64,000 nucleotides of DNA from IMG/VR virus record IMGVR_UViG_3300020450_001133, one strand, 5' to 3'. The stretch is from a virus (taxonomy: Duplodnaviria > Caudoviricetes). Shown one piece after another: positions 1 through 8,281 of this stretch (its first letter is position 1; the number at the start of each line of letters is the position of its first letter). The translations under genes were made by a program, and so were the position numbers. The notes under the pieces were generated by a model. That model was not told the DNA's origin. It saw only the letters and a list, made by a program, of their open reading frames with translations, and searched no databases.

Positions 1-2
1 CT

Positions 3-1433
3 GTACGTGGAGAATCACGTCCAAAGTACTATCAGATGATAAATACATTAGAGCAACATCCTGCTTTACCAATGAGTGAAAGAGGATACATTCATATAGC
101 ACCAACTGTAAAAGGTGGTGATGAAGTTGCAAGTGCAAGTGCTTTTAGAAAAGCATTCACAAGTGTTGAAGACATTGAAAAGAGAAAAGAGATATTCCAA
201 AAGTATTTGGGTTCTTATAACGAAAAAGTATTTAAACTTTTCAATAACAAATTAATAGGTGAACAAATGAGCGAAATGATAGATATAATGAAATATTTAG
301 CAGGTTTAACTGAAGCCGCTCCTATTCAATACGGAGATTTAGATGTTGATACAGGAATGAAGGACAGTGATGAAGATGACTATGCTACAAAACCAGGCTA
401 TGAACAAGATAGCATGATTAATCAATTAGGCAAAATAATTGATAGTGAAGAAGCAGGTAAAGATGCTGAAGATATGAAGATTAAAAACTTCAAACCAGTT
501 ACAAGTGTTAAAACTGATGACGGCAAAGACATTGATATAAGTCCAGAAGAAGCAAAAGCACTGAAGAAAATGATGGACATGCTACCTAGTAATAGAGGTG
601 GCGAAGAACAATCACCTAGAGAAAAGTATTTAGATGCAATCCAAAACTCCGAAGGATTAGCAAACATGTTAGATTTCGCAAAAAGTAAAAACCTAGTAGA
701 TGAAGATATTGAAAAAATTGAAATGCCAACTATAGACTTATCTGACATAAAATCAGATTATAGTGTGGACGTAGAAGAAGACGAGGATGAAGATTATGAA
801 CTTCCTATGGGTCCTACACCAAGTGAAATGGACGATGAGGAACTTATGGATTATGTAGGTCAAAAAGAAGAAGATTTAGTTGATGACATACAAGACTACA
901 TATCACCAGACTTTTTGCACAAAGACAACTATGATGAAATGTTTATGAAGTACAGGGAAGAAGTATTAGAACCTGCCGCTGATGAAATGAACAGAGACCA
1001 TGCAATGGACAGTATGGCTGGAGAGTCAATTGATGAAGGCAGATTAAAAGATGTAATCATAGATGCTTTACAGATGACTAAAGAAGAATTTGATGATGAA
1101 TACAAAGGTATGTTTGATTACGATGACCTAAACAAACAGTACAATGAAGAACATCCAGAATATGTTCCTTCAGATGCATACGAAAGTGAAATGGCAGAAA
1201 TGAAAAAACTAGCAGGTTTACCTGAAAGAGCTATAAATCATGATGACTTCATGAAGTCGTTATCTAATAAAGAAAAAGAAGAGTATTATAAACGTGAGGC
1301 TGATCCAGACAGTTTAACAGGTTCACCAGCGAAAGTATTTAAAAATTTAGTTAAGCAAGAAATAGGCAGACCTCTTGCAAAAGCAGGAAAAGATATGCAT
1401 GATAAAATCAAATCTGCATTAGGGAGCAAGTAA
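3..1433 (+). CDS. 5'-truncated protein: probable tail of a HIGH-superfamily (cytidylyltransferase-like) domain followed by a long acidic region
   Basis: Frame is open from base 3 (VRGESRPKYYQMINT...), so the true start lies upstream of the window. ASASAFRKA resembles the SxS/T-x-IR motif of phage cytidylyltransferase-like proteins. The rest is D/E-rich with two KxLAGL motifs; a possible internal start sits at 267. Confidence 0.5.
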   Translation, partial: VRGESRPKYYQMINTLEQHPALPMSERGYIHIAPTVKGGDEVASASAFRKAFTSVEDIEKRKEIFQKYLGSYNEKVFKLFNNKLIGEQMSEMIDIMKYLAGLTEAAPIQYGDLDVDTGMKDSDEDDYATKPGYEQDSMINQLGKIIDSEEAGKDAEDMKIKNFKPVTSVKTDDGKDIDISPEEAKALKKMMDMLPSNRGGEEQSPREKYLDAIQNSEGLANMLDFAKSKNLVDEDIEKIEMPTIDLSDIKSDYSVDVEEDEDEDYELPMGPTPSEMDDEELMDYVGQKEEDLVDDIQDYISPDFLHKDNYDEMFMKYREEVLEPAADEMNRDHAMDSMAGESIDEGRLKDVIIDALQMTKEEFDDEYKGMFDYDDLNKQYNEEHPEYVPSDAYESEMAEMKKLAGLPERAINHDDFMKSLSNKEKEEYYKREADPDSLTGSPAKVFKNLVKQEIGRPLAKAGKDMHDKIKSALGSK

Positions 1434-1434
1434 A

Positions 1435-2205
1435 ATGCCTAAAGACGATAACGTTCTAGATTTTAAAACTGCTGGCATGAAACGTGCTGGTGCAAGAGAT
1501 GACGCACAATCCAAAGGCAAACAATTTGGTATTGGAAACTTCTTTGCTTGGGCAATGGAAAAATATCCTAAAATGACATTGGGACAACTAGAAGCAAGAA
1601 TGCCTAGTTTAGAAAGAGAATACGGACAAGAAAAAACTATGAGAAGGCAAGAGCCTGATAGAGTTCCTACAGTAAGTTCAGCATTTGATGACGAAGAAGA
1701 AAGAAACAAAGCAAAAGGTATAGAAACACCAGATGCTTTTGAAGGCACAAAAGATCCAATAAGTAAAGGCGACTGTGAACCATGTGATGGAACAGGCATG
1801 GACGACAAAGGCGATGCATGTAAAGTATGTGACGGAGATGGAGAAGATCCAGGTTTCGGTGGTACTAAAGCATACGAAGATTTAAACAGAATTAGAAAAC
1901 TAGCAGGACTTCCAATGATGGAAGAAGAAGGTTCTGTTACTAAAATAGCAATAGGACATGTTGATGACGAAGCAGACATGTTAAGAAAAGAACTATACAA
2001 AATTGGAAAGTATAGTGTAGAATTATACAAAATGTTAGGTCAACTACCTAACGGAGATTTCCCACATTGGTGGCAAGGCAAAGTAATTAAAGCAGGAGAA
2101 TACATTGGTTCTGCCAAACATTACTTAGAAGGTGAACTATTTGCACCTGAAGAAGATTCACCAATGCCAGATGACAAAGACGACCTAAATCCTTCAGGCG
2201 TATAA
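1435..2205 (+). CDS. Phage protein with DnaJ-type zinc-finger motifs and a RIRKLAGL motif
   Basis: CEPCDGTG and CKVCDGDG (CxxCxGxG twice), RIRKLAGL, and a helical C-terminal module; the start follows the upstream stop directly (TAAAATG). Confidence 0.6.
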   Translation: MPKDDNVLDFKTAGMKRAGARDDAQSKGKQFGIGNFFAWAMEKYPKMTLGQLEARMPSLEREYGQEKTMRRQEPDRVPTVSSAFDDEEERNKAKGIETPDAFEGTKDPISKGDCEPCDGTGMDDKGDACKVCDGDGEDPGFGGTKAYEDLNRIRKLAGLPMMEEEGSVTKIAIGHVDDEADMLRKELYKIGKYSVELYKMLGQLPNGDFPHWWQGKVIKAGEYIGSAKHYLEGELFAPEEDSPMPDDKDDLNPSGV

Positions 2206-2251
2206 AAAAATCATAATAAATACTGTTATAATTACATAACAGGAATATTTT

Positions 2252-3004
2252 ATGACAATCGAAGCATACATACCTAAACATGCATATTTTTCAACTTCTT
2301 TGAATCCAACTAATATTGGATTAGAAAAATATGAAGATGCAAAAGTTTTAGAATTATATGGAAATGCTGGAACACTTTTAAATGATCCAGAAAATAAAGT
2401 AAAAGAAGAAAACTATACTGTATTTGATAGTGACCAAGAAGCAATAGACCAAGGTAAAGAAGACTTTCCTAATGCTGATTTCAGAATGTGGAATAGACAC
2501 AATCAAATGAATCATCCAAGTGGTAACGTAGATGAGCCTATGCCTTTTGAAGAAGGTGAAATGTTTGATTGCATTTTTTCATATATGAAAACTGCTAATG
2601 TAGATCCAGAAATATTAATGGCTGATTTACAAACCTGTTATTCACATCTTAATCCAGGCGGTGCAATAGTGTTTGGATCTTTTATCAGAGAAGTAGCATT
2701 AAACTATTTTGTTGTAAGACGTACACATGAATACGGTATGTTAGATGCTTCACTGGTAGAAAACACAGAAAACAGTGATGTGTTCTGCTTAATTAACAAT
2801 GATGATATTAGAGTTGATGTAGACAGAGTTCCTACATCAGGAGATGATGCAGTTCTTGAAGCAACACACTTTACATGGTTTTGGAATAATGATTCTTTAG
2901 TAGCAAGACTAAAACTTGCATTTCCAGATGCAACAATACACACTAGAAGACTTCCACCTATGTGGACATTACAGAATCCTTTTGTAATTGAAAAACCTGA
3001 ATAA
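2252..3004 (+). CDS. Class I SAM-dependent methyltransferase-like protein
   Basis: KVLELYGNAG (motif I-like), VFDSD (motif II), FDCIFSY, HLNPGG. Confidence 0.7.
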   Translation: MTIEAYIPKHAYFSTSLNPTNIGLEKYEDAKVLELYGNAGTLLNDPENKVKEENYTVFDSDQEAIDQGKEDFPNADFRMWNRHNQMNHPSGNVDEPMPFEEGEMFDCIFSYMKTANVDPEILMADLQTCYSHLNPGGAIVFGSFIREVALNYFVVRRTHEYGMLDASLVENTENSDVFCLINNDDIRVDVDRVPTSGDDAVLEATHFTWFWNNDSLVARLKLAFPDATIHTRRLPPMWTLQNPFVIEKPE

Positions 3005-3697
3005 TTAAACGAATTGTTTTGTATTGCTAAGACTAGCAATTAAGTGTATTCTTTCCGTATCACTATAATTAGTAGCACAATGTATCTTACTTGTATTAAG
3101 TAAGTAACTGCTACCTGCTTTAAAGTGTGCAATTTCTAAAGGTATAATTTCCCCTTCATCTTTTGGTGTGCCGAAGTTATCGGGCCAATTAAGTAAAAAA
3201 CATCTACTATTTGTTACAACAGGAAAATGTAATCTCCAATCTAAAATTGCCCCACCACTATTAAGTGTTTGCATTAATGGACTGCCGTCCTTGTGTATGC
3301 TTAAAGTTGTTCTAGGAGGCAAAATACTAATACGCCATCTGTACACATCACTAAAACTTTTAACAAATTCTTCTAAATACAATCCTTGTATTTGTTTTAT
3401 AGGATGTATAAATTTAGTTTCATCTATCATTTCGTTTGAGTCATCGCCAATTTGTGTTGCAAGTACTCCTTGTTTACCTTGTGCTTCAGTTTTGTTTACA
3501 TAAGTTTTACCAGCAATACCGTCTGTCCATTCATCACTGTCTGGTTTAGAAGTTGTAATACAAATATTTCGGTATGCTAGAGCCTCATATTGCGTTCCTA
3601 CTGCTTGTTCTTTGATAGTATGATATACATGATTCACATCATTACGCAACTTCATGTAATCAAAGTCTACATTTATTTTTTTAAATACTTCTATCAT
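3005..3697 (-). CDS. 2OG-Fe(II) oxygenase, aspartyl/asparaginyl beta-hydroxylase-like
   Basis: RISILPPRTTLSIHKD (HxD), RLHFPVVTN, LNTSKIHCATN (distal His), ERIHLI (2OG-binding Arg). Confidence 0.75.
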   Translation of the reverse strand: MIEVFKKINVDFDYMKLRNDVNHVYHTIKEQAVGTQYEALAYRNICITTSKPDSDEWTDGIAGKTYVNKTEAQGKQGVLATQIGDDSNEMIDETKFIHPIKQIQGLYLEEFVKSFSDVYRWRISILPPRTTLSIHKDGSPLMQTLNSGGAILDWRLHFPVVTNSRCFLLNWPDNFGTPKDEGEIIPLEIAHFKAGSSYLLNTSKIHCATNYSDTERIHLIASLSNTKQFV

Positions 3698-4637
3698 TCT
3701 TTAATCCGCAAAAACTACAATTTTTATGTACTGGTGTATATACTATATATCCTCTTACCGGACAACGGTGTGCCCAAAATGAAGGACTTGGGACAGAATT
3801 ACTCACTAACTCCTCAGCCATAATCCCCCAAAACTTTCCTGCTTTTGGTCCTTTATTTTTCTTACCATCGCTTTCTCCTGGTATCTTTACCCACAAAAAA
3901 GCATCACATTTTTCTACTTTTGTATCACATGTTGGTTTAATACCTAATGCTCTGCCAGGTGGATTACACCATTCGTTGCCCAACGGACCATTACCATTTC
4001 TACTTGTATCAATAACAAAACAGTCATTAGGTCTATGCTCACATACTTTTAAACTCCATTCCATGGATTCATCTGTGCTTCTGTAGTTGCTTACATTTAC
4101 CGCAAATCCTCTTACTTTGTCGTTGTTTACAAAGTTTAAAAGTTCTGCCGCTTCTTTAGGACTTAACCAATTACTATGACCTATATCAGTGTAAATGTAT
4201 GCATCGCTTTCTTCTGTAAGTATTTCTAAACCTTCTTTGATTAAATTTAATCTAAAGTCAGCATCTTGTTTATCCATTTGTGTTGTATGAGGTAATGCAT
4301 CTGGTTCAAATATTATTATAGGTTTATGGCCCTTTATACCCTCACAGAACTCGTGTAAGAACAATAAGTATTCAGTTGCACCTTTGGCACCACCTTTACT
4401 GTAATGACCCATATCTCTATTGGGTAAATTGTATATCACAAAATAAGGTAAGTTTGGTGCAGTTCTTTTAAGGAATCTTTTAAGACTATGCTCTAGTTTC
4501 TTTATAGATTTACCTTTTTTAGAACCATACCAAAATGCTACTGGTTGTTCAAATATTTTACTAGATAAGGGAAAGTTTATTCTGTGGTCTTTGACTCTGT
4601 CAAAATCATTTACCCAGAAAGGATAATCAAGTGCCAT
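3681..4637 (-). CDS. Glycoside hydrolase family 6 (cellulase Cel6-like)
   Basis: VIYNLPNRD, IIFEPDAL (catalytic Asp), DIGHSNWL, RGFAVNVSNY, VIDTSRNGNG, WCNPPGRALG, DAFLWVKIPGESDG: the full series of GH6 motifs in order. Confidence 0.92.
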   Translation of the reverse strand: MALDYPFWVNDFDRVKDHRINFPLSSKIFEQPVAFWYGSKKGKSIKKLEHSLKRFLKRTAPNLPYFVIYNLPNRDMGHYSKGGAKGATEYLLFLHEFCEGIKGHKPIIIFEPDALPHTTQMDKQDADFRLNLIKEGLEILTEESDAYIYTDIGHSNWLSPKEAAELLNFVNNDKVRGFAVNVSNYRSTDESMEWSLKVCEHRPNDCFVIDTSRNGNGPLGNEWCNPPGRALGIKPTCDTKVEKCDAFLWVKIPGESDGKKNKGPKAGKFWGIMAEELVSNSVPSPSFWAHRCPVRGYIVYTPVHKNCSFCGLKNDRSI

Positions 4638-5178
4638 CTTGTATTTTTTGCAAGGCTAAATCTGTTTGCAGTATTTTAAACTGTTTATCACGTTTTTTAA
4701 TTGCACGTTTTAGTTTTAAATCACTTGCATATTCCAAATACAATTTGCCTTGTAAATGGTCAAATTCATGTTGGAAACACCTTGCATCCATTCCGTCTAA
4801 CCAATCTTCTACAACTTGTTGGTCATGTGTTTGAAATCTTACTTTTACTTTTGCAGGTCTTGTTACAATAAAATATAACAAAGGAAATGTTAAACAGCCT
4901 TCTTCCATGCCAACTGTTTCTTCACTGAACTCTAGTATTTCAGGATTATAAACTCCAATGTCTTCTCCTGTGGATAATGTCATAACAAACATTCTATACC
5001 CCATTCCTAATTGAGGTGATGCTAGTCCAATACCAAACTTATCTTTCATAAGTTGTATCATTTCATCTTGTCGCTTTTCCCAATCTACATCTTTTTCATC
5101 AAATGGATTTACACTTGCAACAGTATGTAAAGCAGGATTTTTTGGTTCTACTAATTCTATTTTAAATTCGTCTGACAT
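4627..5178 (-). CDS. def: Peptide deformylase
   Basis: GIGLASPQLG, EGCLTFP, QHEFDHLQG signature motifs. Confidence 0.95.
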   Translation of the reverse strand: MSDEFKIELVEPKNPALHTVASVNPFDEKDVDWEKRQDEMIQLMKDKFGIGLASPQLGMGYRMFVMTLSTGEDIGVYNPEILEFSEETVGMEEGCLTFPLLYFIVTRPAKVKVRFQTHDQQVVEDWLDGMDARCFQHEFDHLQGKLYLEYASDLKLKRAIKKRDKQFKILQTDLALQKIQDGT

Positions 5179-5659
5179 GTCTTAGTTCGTTTTTTGTTAT
5201 AAATTGTTTTAAAGTAAAGAACATTGTAGCAAAAATTAGTGTGCTAGTCAATAATCTTATATCAAAAGGTATTGCTAATGCGTATGTTTCTAGCAAAGTA
5301 ACAGTACCTAAACCGTTTAAATAAACTCCTAAATTTACAATTAAGTGCCATAAAACAACACTTAATACAGAGTTACCTAATACAGTTTGTAAGTTATCTT
5401 TATGTAAATACCTACTTAAAACACCTATTAAAAGCATTGTGCCGTACACAAACAACATAGTTGTACCATAAAAACCTAATACAATATCTGTTAAAAACAA
5501 TAAAGATACAGGTAAAAATAATTGTAAATTTTTGTTATTTGTTAAATGAGGCATGAATACAGCCATTGCAATTAGAGGAGTAAAGTTAGCAGGTAAAATA
5601 AATCGTGCTAATGCAATACACCCTAATAGCATACTTGCACTCTTGAGGAAGTCTTTCAT
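5162..5659 (-). CDS. DUF6580-like integral membrane protein (ECF S-component-like, putative vitamin/cobalamin transporter)
   Basis: About five hydrophobic helices; NFTPLIAMAVF, LFLTDIVLGFY, YALAIPFD..LLTSTLIF resemble this family. Confidence 0.7.
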   Translation of the reverse strand: MKDFLKSASMLLGCIALARFILPANFTPLIAMAVFMPHLTNNKNLQLFLPVSLLFLTDIVLGFYGTTMLFVYGTMLLIGVLSRYLHKDNLQTVLGNSVLSVVLWHLIVNLGVYLNGLGTVTLLETYALAIPFDIRLLTSTLIFATMFFTLKQFITKNELRHVRRI

Positions 5660-5660
5660 G

Positions 5661-5879
5661 CTAATATTTATCAGGAACTAAATGGGTCGGTACAAATTTT
5701 ACAACGCCTTCATCTTCAATGACTACAAATAAATCTCCCATTTGACATTTGAGATGTTCTACTGTAATCTCATCGTCAAATTCTATTGTGCCGTTGCTTT
5801 TTAATCTAAATTGATAATCGTGAAATCTAATTGAGCCAGGATCTGTTTCTGGATGAAACTGAGTTCTCTTGAATGACAT
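5661..5879 (-). CDS. Hypothetical protein
   Basis: 72-aa ORF packed between neighbours, with SD-like AAGGA upstream. Confidence 0.6.
   Translation of the reverse strand: MSFKRTQFHPETDPGSIRFHDYQFRLKSNGTIEFDDEITVEHLKCQMGDLFVVIEDEGVVKFVPTHLVPDKY
5665..5671 (-). promoter_or_regulatory. ATAAATA late-promoter-like motif 5 nt upstream of an ATG
   Basis: Minus strand ATAAATA-TTAGC-ATG; resembles the T4 gp55 late promoter TATAAATA. Confidence 0.6.
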
Positions 5880-5912
5880 AATAAGTCCTTACTGTTATTA
5901 TGTAAGTATTTA

Positions 5913-6188
5913 TTATAGTCCGGCTCTACAGTAGGCATCAATTAGAGCATCTCCTTTAAGTTTCTCACCGAAGATTCTAATTACTTTTCCTTTTTGTTCT
6001 CTTACAATGGTGCTATCATTGTATCTGGTATCTATTACACTACCATTTTCAAAGTCTTTTTTAGACTCATCTGTTTCATACCACATGGTTGTTATACTGT
6101 GAATGTGTAAAGATTCAATGCCTTTGGCCCACTCCTCTGCCTCAAGCAATAATCTTTGCCTTTGCACTCTGTGGTCAAACTCTCCCAT
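5913..6188 (-). CDS. Hypothetical phage protein
   Basis: 91-aa ORF preceded by ATAAATA-ATATT-ATG. Confidence 0.65.
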   Translation of the reverse strand: MGEFDHRVQRQRLLLEAEEWAKGIESLHIHSITTMWYETDESKKDFENGSVIDTRYNDSTIVREQKGKVIRIFGEKLKGDALIDAYCRAGL

Positions 6189-6196
6189 AATATTAT

Positions 6197-6715
6197 TTAT
6201 GCGGCTTCGTTACACTCTTGTTTGAGTTGTGCATCATTTTGGTCAAACCAACCATTCTTGGTTTTATACTGACAAGCATAATTGGTTCTTTCATTTTCAG
6301 GAAGAGGTATCCATTGTTCAGCCTTACCAATAATAGCACTATTCCAGTGAGTGTATTCTGGGCCTGGAGTGTGATGGGTACGACAGTTCCACCTACCATC
6401 TTCAAAGTAGAACTGGATAGGTGTTTCCCAAGGTTCACACATAGGGCCTTTACCATCGCCGTTTTTACCAAGGTCACGAATCTCCCAGTCCAAGATATAC
6501 TCCTCACTGGCTTCGTTTGAATATTCAATAAGACTAGTAAGGGTTGGAATACCTTCCTGAGCAATCTTATTGATTTGTTTAGAAGTTAAATTATCTACAA
6601 AATAAGTAGTACCACCCTTGAACTTCCAATAAGGTTCATCTATACCATGCTTATAATCTTCATTATGAGCCGCATAGTTCTCTCTATATTGTGTGTGTAT
6701 TACTAATGTCTGCAT
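6197..6715 (-). CDS. Hypothetical (probably early) phage protein
   Basis: 172-aa ORF with AGGAG SD, directly downstream of a consensus sigma70 promoter. Confidence 0.7.
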   Translation of the reverse strand: MQTLVIHTQYRENYAAHNEDYKHGIDEPYWKFKGGTTYFVDNLTSKQINKIAQEGIPTLTSLIEYSNEASEEYILDWEIRDLGKNGDGKGPMCEPWETPIQFYFEDGRWNCRTHHTPGPEYTHWNSAIIGKAEQWIPLPENERTNYACQYKTKNGWFDQNDAQLKQECNEAA

Positions 6716-6750
6716 AAAAAACTCCTACCTTTTTTATTTAATATACATAT

Positions 6751-6779
6751 ATTATATGCAATTTAAGGGTGAATGTCAA
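6751..6779 (-). promoter_or_regulatory. Consensus sigma70-type (early) promoter with A-tract UP element
   Basis: TTGACA(6779-6774)-N17-TATAAT(6756-6751), preceded by AAAAAAAGTGAAAAAAAGG. Confidence 0.85.
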
Positions 6780-6806
6780 CCTTTTTTTCACTTTTTTTGG
6801 TAAAAA

Positions 6807-6881
<75 letters not shown>

Positions 6882-6886
6882 ATGAG

Positions 6887-6962
6887 TGGAGCTCGGAAGA
6901 GGATTCGAACCTCCGACCTGAGGTTTACAAAACCCCTGCTCTACCAACTGAGCTATCCGAGC
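6887..6962 (-). tRNA. trnT: tRNA-Thr(TGT)
   Basis: Acceptor GCTCGGA/TCCGAGC; D-arm GCTC/GAGC; anticodon arm GGGGT-TTTGTAA-ACCTC; T-loop TTCGAAT; encoded CCA. Confidence 0.95.
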
Positions 6963-6967
6963 CCGGA

Positions 6968-7091
6968 TTAGTAAGTATAGTACACTTAAGGACTTTGCTG
7001 GGCACGGTCTTGTTATCAACTCTAAATATCGTGGTGTGTTTTACCACACAACCCCACCTAATATACGAAATACCACTCGGATACTTACTAA
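6968..7091 (-). ncRNA. Candidate 124-nt structured RNA at the head of the tRNA transcript
   Basis: Perfect 11-bp closing stem TTAGTAAGTAT/ATACTTACTAA; internal hairpin GTGTG-GTAAAA-CACAC; begins at the predicted +1 and ends 5 nt before tRNA-Thr. Confidence 0.45.
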
Positions 7092-7098
7092 TATGTTT

Positions 7099-7126
7099 AT
7101 TATACTGATTATGAATTAAATGTCAA
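7099..7126 (-). promoter_or_regulatory. sigma70-type promoter of the ncRNA/tRNA cluster
   Basis: TTGACA(7126-7121)-N16-TATAAT(7104-7099); the -35 overlaps the upstream TGA stop. Confidence 0.75.
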
Positions 7127-7371
7127 GAACTTTGTTTGACTTCGCTGAATGCATGTTTGAGTTTTATTTGTTCTACAAACTCTGATATGTTGTCTATTTC
7201 TTCTAGTTTTATTAATGCTTCTTTAGGAGTCATCTCTCCTACTCTTGCTACTGTGGTTGCTAAATTTATTAAATCGTGTCTACCTATATTATGCTTTTGA
7301 CAGATTACTTGAACATCAGGTTCTTTTTGCTCTTGCTGGTCTTGTGATTTTATTCTAGTAATTTTTGGCAT
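7123..7371 (-). CDS. Hypothetical protein
   Basis: 82-aa ORF coupled to the upstream glycosyltransferase. Confidence 0.6.
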   Translation of the reverse strand: MPKITRIKSQDQQEQKEPDVQVICQKHNIGRHDLINLATTVARVGEMTPKEALIKLEEIDNISEFVEQIKLKHAFSEVKQSS

Positions 7372-8279
7372 TAAAGACTTATTTTTGTATCATCTGGTAA
7401 TCTAGGTTTGTTAGATTTTGGTTCTTGCTTATCTTTATTTATGCTATCAAACTGTCCTGCGCCTTTAGGATTATGTTTGTTTACATCTTCAAAAGGATTT
7501 ACTTTACCACTTATAAAATCTTCAAAAGGACTAGGTGCAGTATGTACTCCCATTTTCTTTAAGAACCAATCTATTTTACTTGCATGATGCATTCGTGCTT
7601 GTACCATATTTGGATGATTAAAGTCTTGTGGATCATTTGGGTTACCTTCCATATATTTTCTATTTTCAAAAGTTTGGTCATCATTGCTACCAGTTAAGTC
7701 TGCTCTATCATGTAATATTTCAATATTGATTCTTTCAAATATTCCATTCATTCTAGCAATAACACTTACCCATGTATCGTTTTGTGCATTTACACTCCAA
7801 GAGTCACATAATGTAAACCAGTCTGCAGGAATAAGTGGGAAGATTGCAAACGGATGGTCATGATTATCTTTAGGTGCTAAACACTTAAACTGTCCATCAT
7901 ATTTTTGTATTTCTACTTCCCAATCTTTGGTTTGCATAATTGCATCATCATTCCATAGAAATAACCATGCACCAGTGCTAGAGTGACAAAGTAAATTTAC
8001 ATACACATTTAGTTGTTCATATCCCAAAGGCTTAAACACTTTGGCTTTACAGGCACAACCCCATTTTTGCATAAACTCTTCTGCATCATTGTTTACCCAA
8101 TCAATGCTTTCTTGGTCATCTTCATCTACACCCAACATGATTTCAACCTTTGCTGGATTTTTTGCATTCTCTAAAAGGCTTTCTATACTTTTTAGTAATG
8201 CACCACTTTTAACTCTGCCTCTTGTAGGAAGTATTACACTAACTACACTACCTTCATCTAAAACTTTATTATCTGTCAT
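7371..8279 (-). CDS. Glycosyltransferase family 2 (GT-A fold)
   Basis: VSVILPTRGR, EIMLGVDEDD, LFLWNDD (DxD-like), late His in ILHDR. Confidence 0.8.
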   Translation of the reverse strand: MTDNKVLDEGSVVSVILPTRGRVKSGALLKSIESLLENAKNPAKVEIMLGVDEDDQESIDWVNNDAEEFMQKWGCACKAKVFKPLGYEQLNVYVNLLCHSSTGAWLFLWNDDAIMQTKDWEVEIQKYDGQFKCLAPKDNHDHPFAIFPLIPADWFTLCDSWSVNAQNDTWVSVIARMNGIFERINIEILHDRADLTGSNDDQTFENRKYMEGNPNDPQDFNHPNMVQARMHHASKIDWFLKKMGVHTAPSPFEDFISGKVNPFEDVNKHNPKGAGQFDSINKDKQEPKSNKPRLPDDTKISL

Positions 8280-8281
8280 AA

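Noticed and set aside
1435-2205. DnaJ chaperone
   Set aside because: Only two CxxCxGxG motifs; no J-domain or HPD motif.
6193-6564. 123-aa alternative-frame ORF overlapping the 172-aa gene
   Set aside because: It lies almost wholly inside a better-supported gene, has no SD or recognisable motif, and is probably incidental.
6990-7010. GTGCCCAGCA resembling the 16S rRNA 530 loop
   Set aside because: The match is only about 10 nt and imperfect, with no flanking rRNA similarity.
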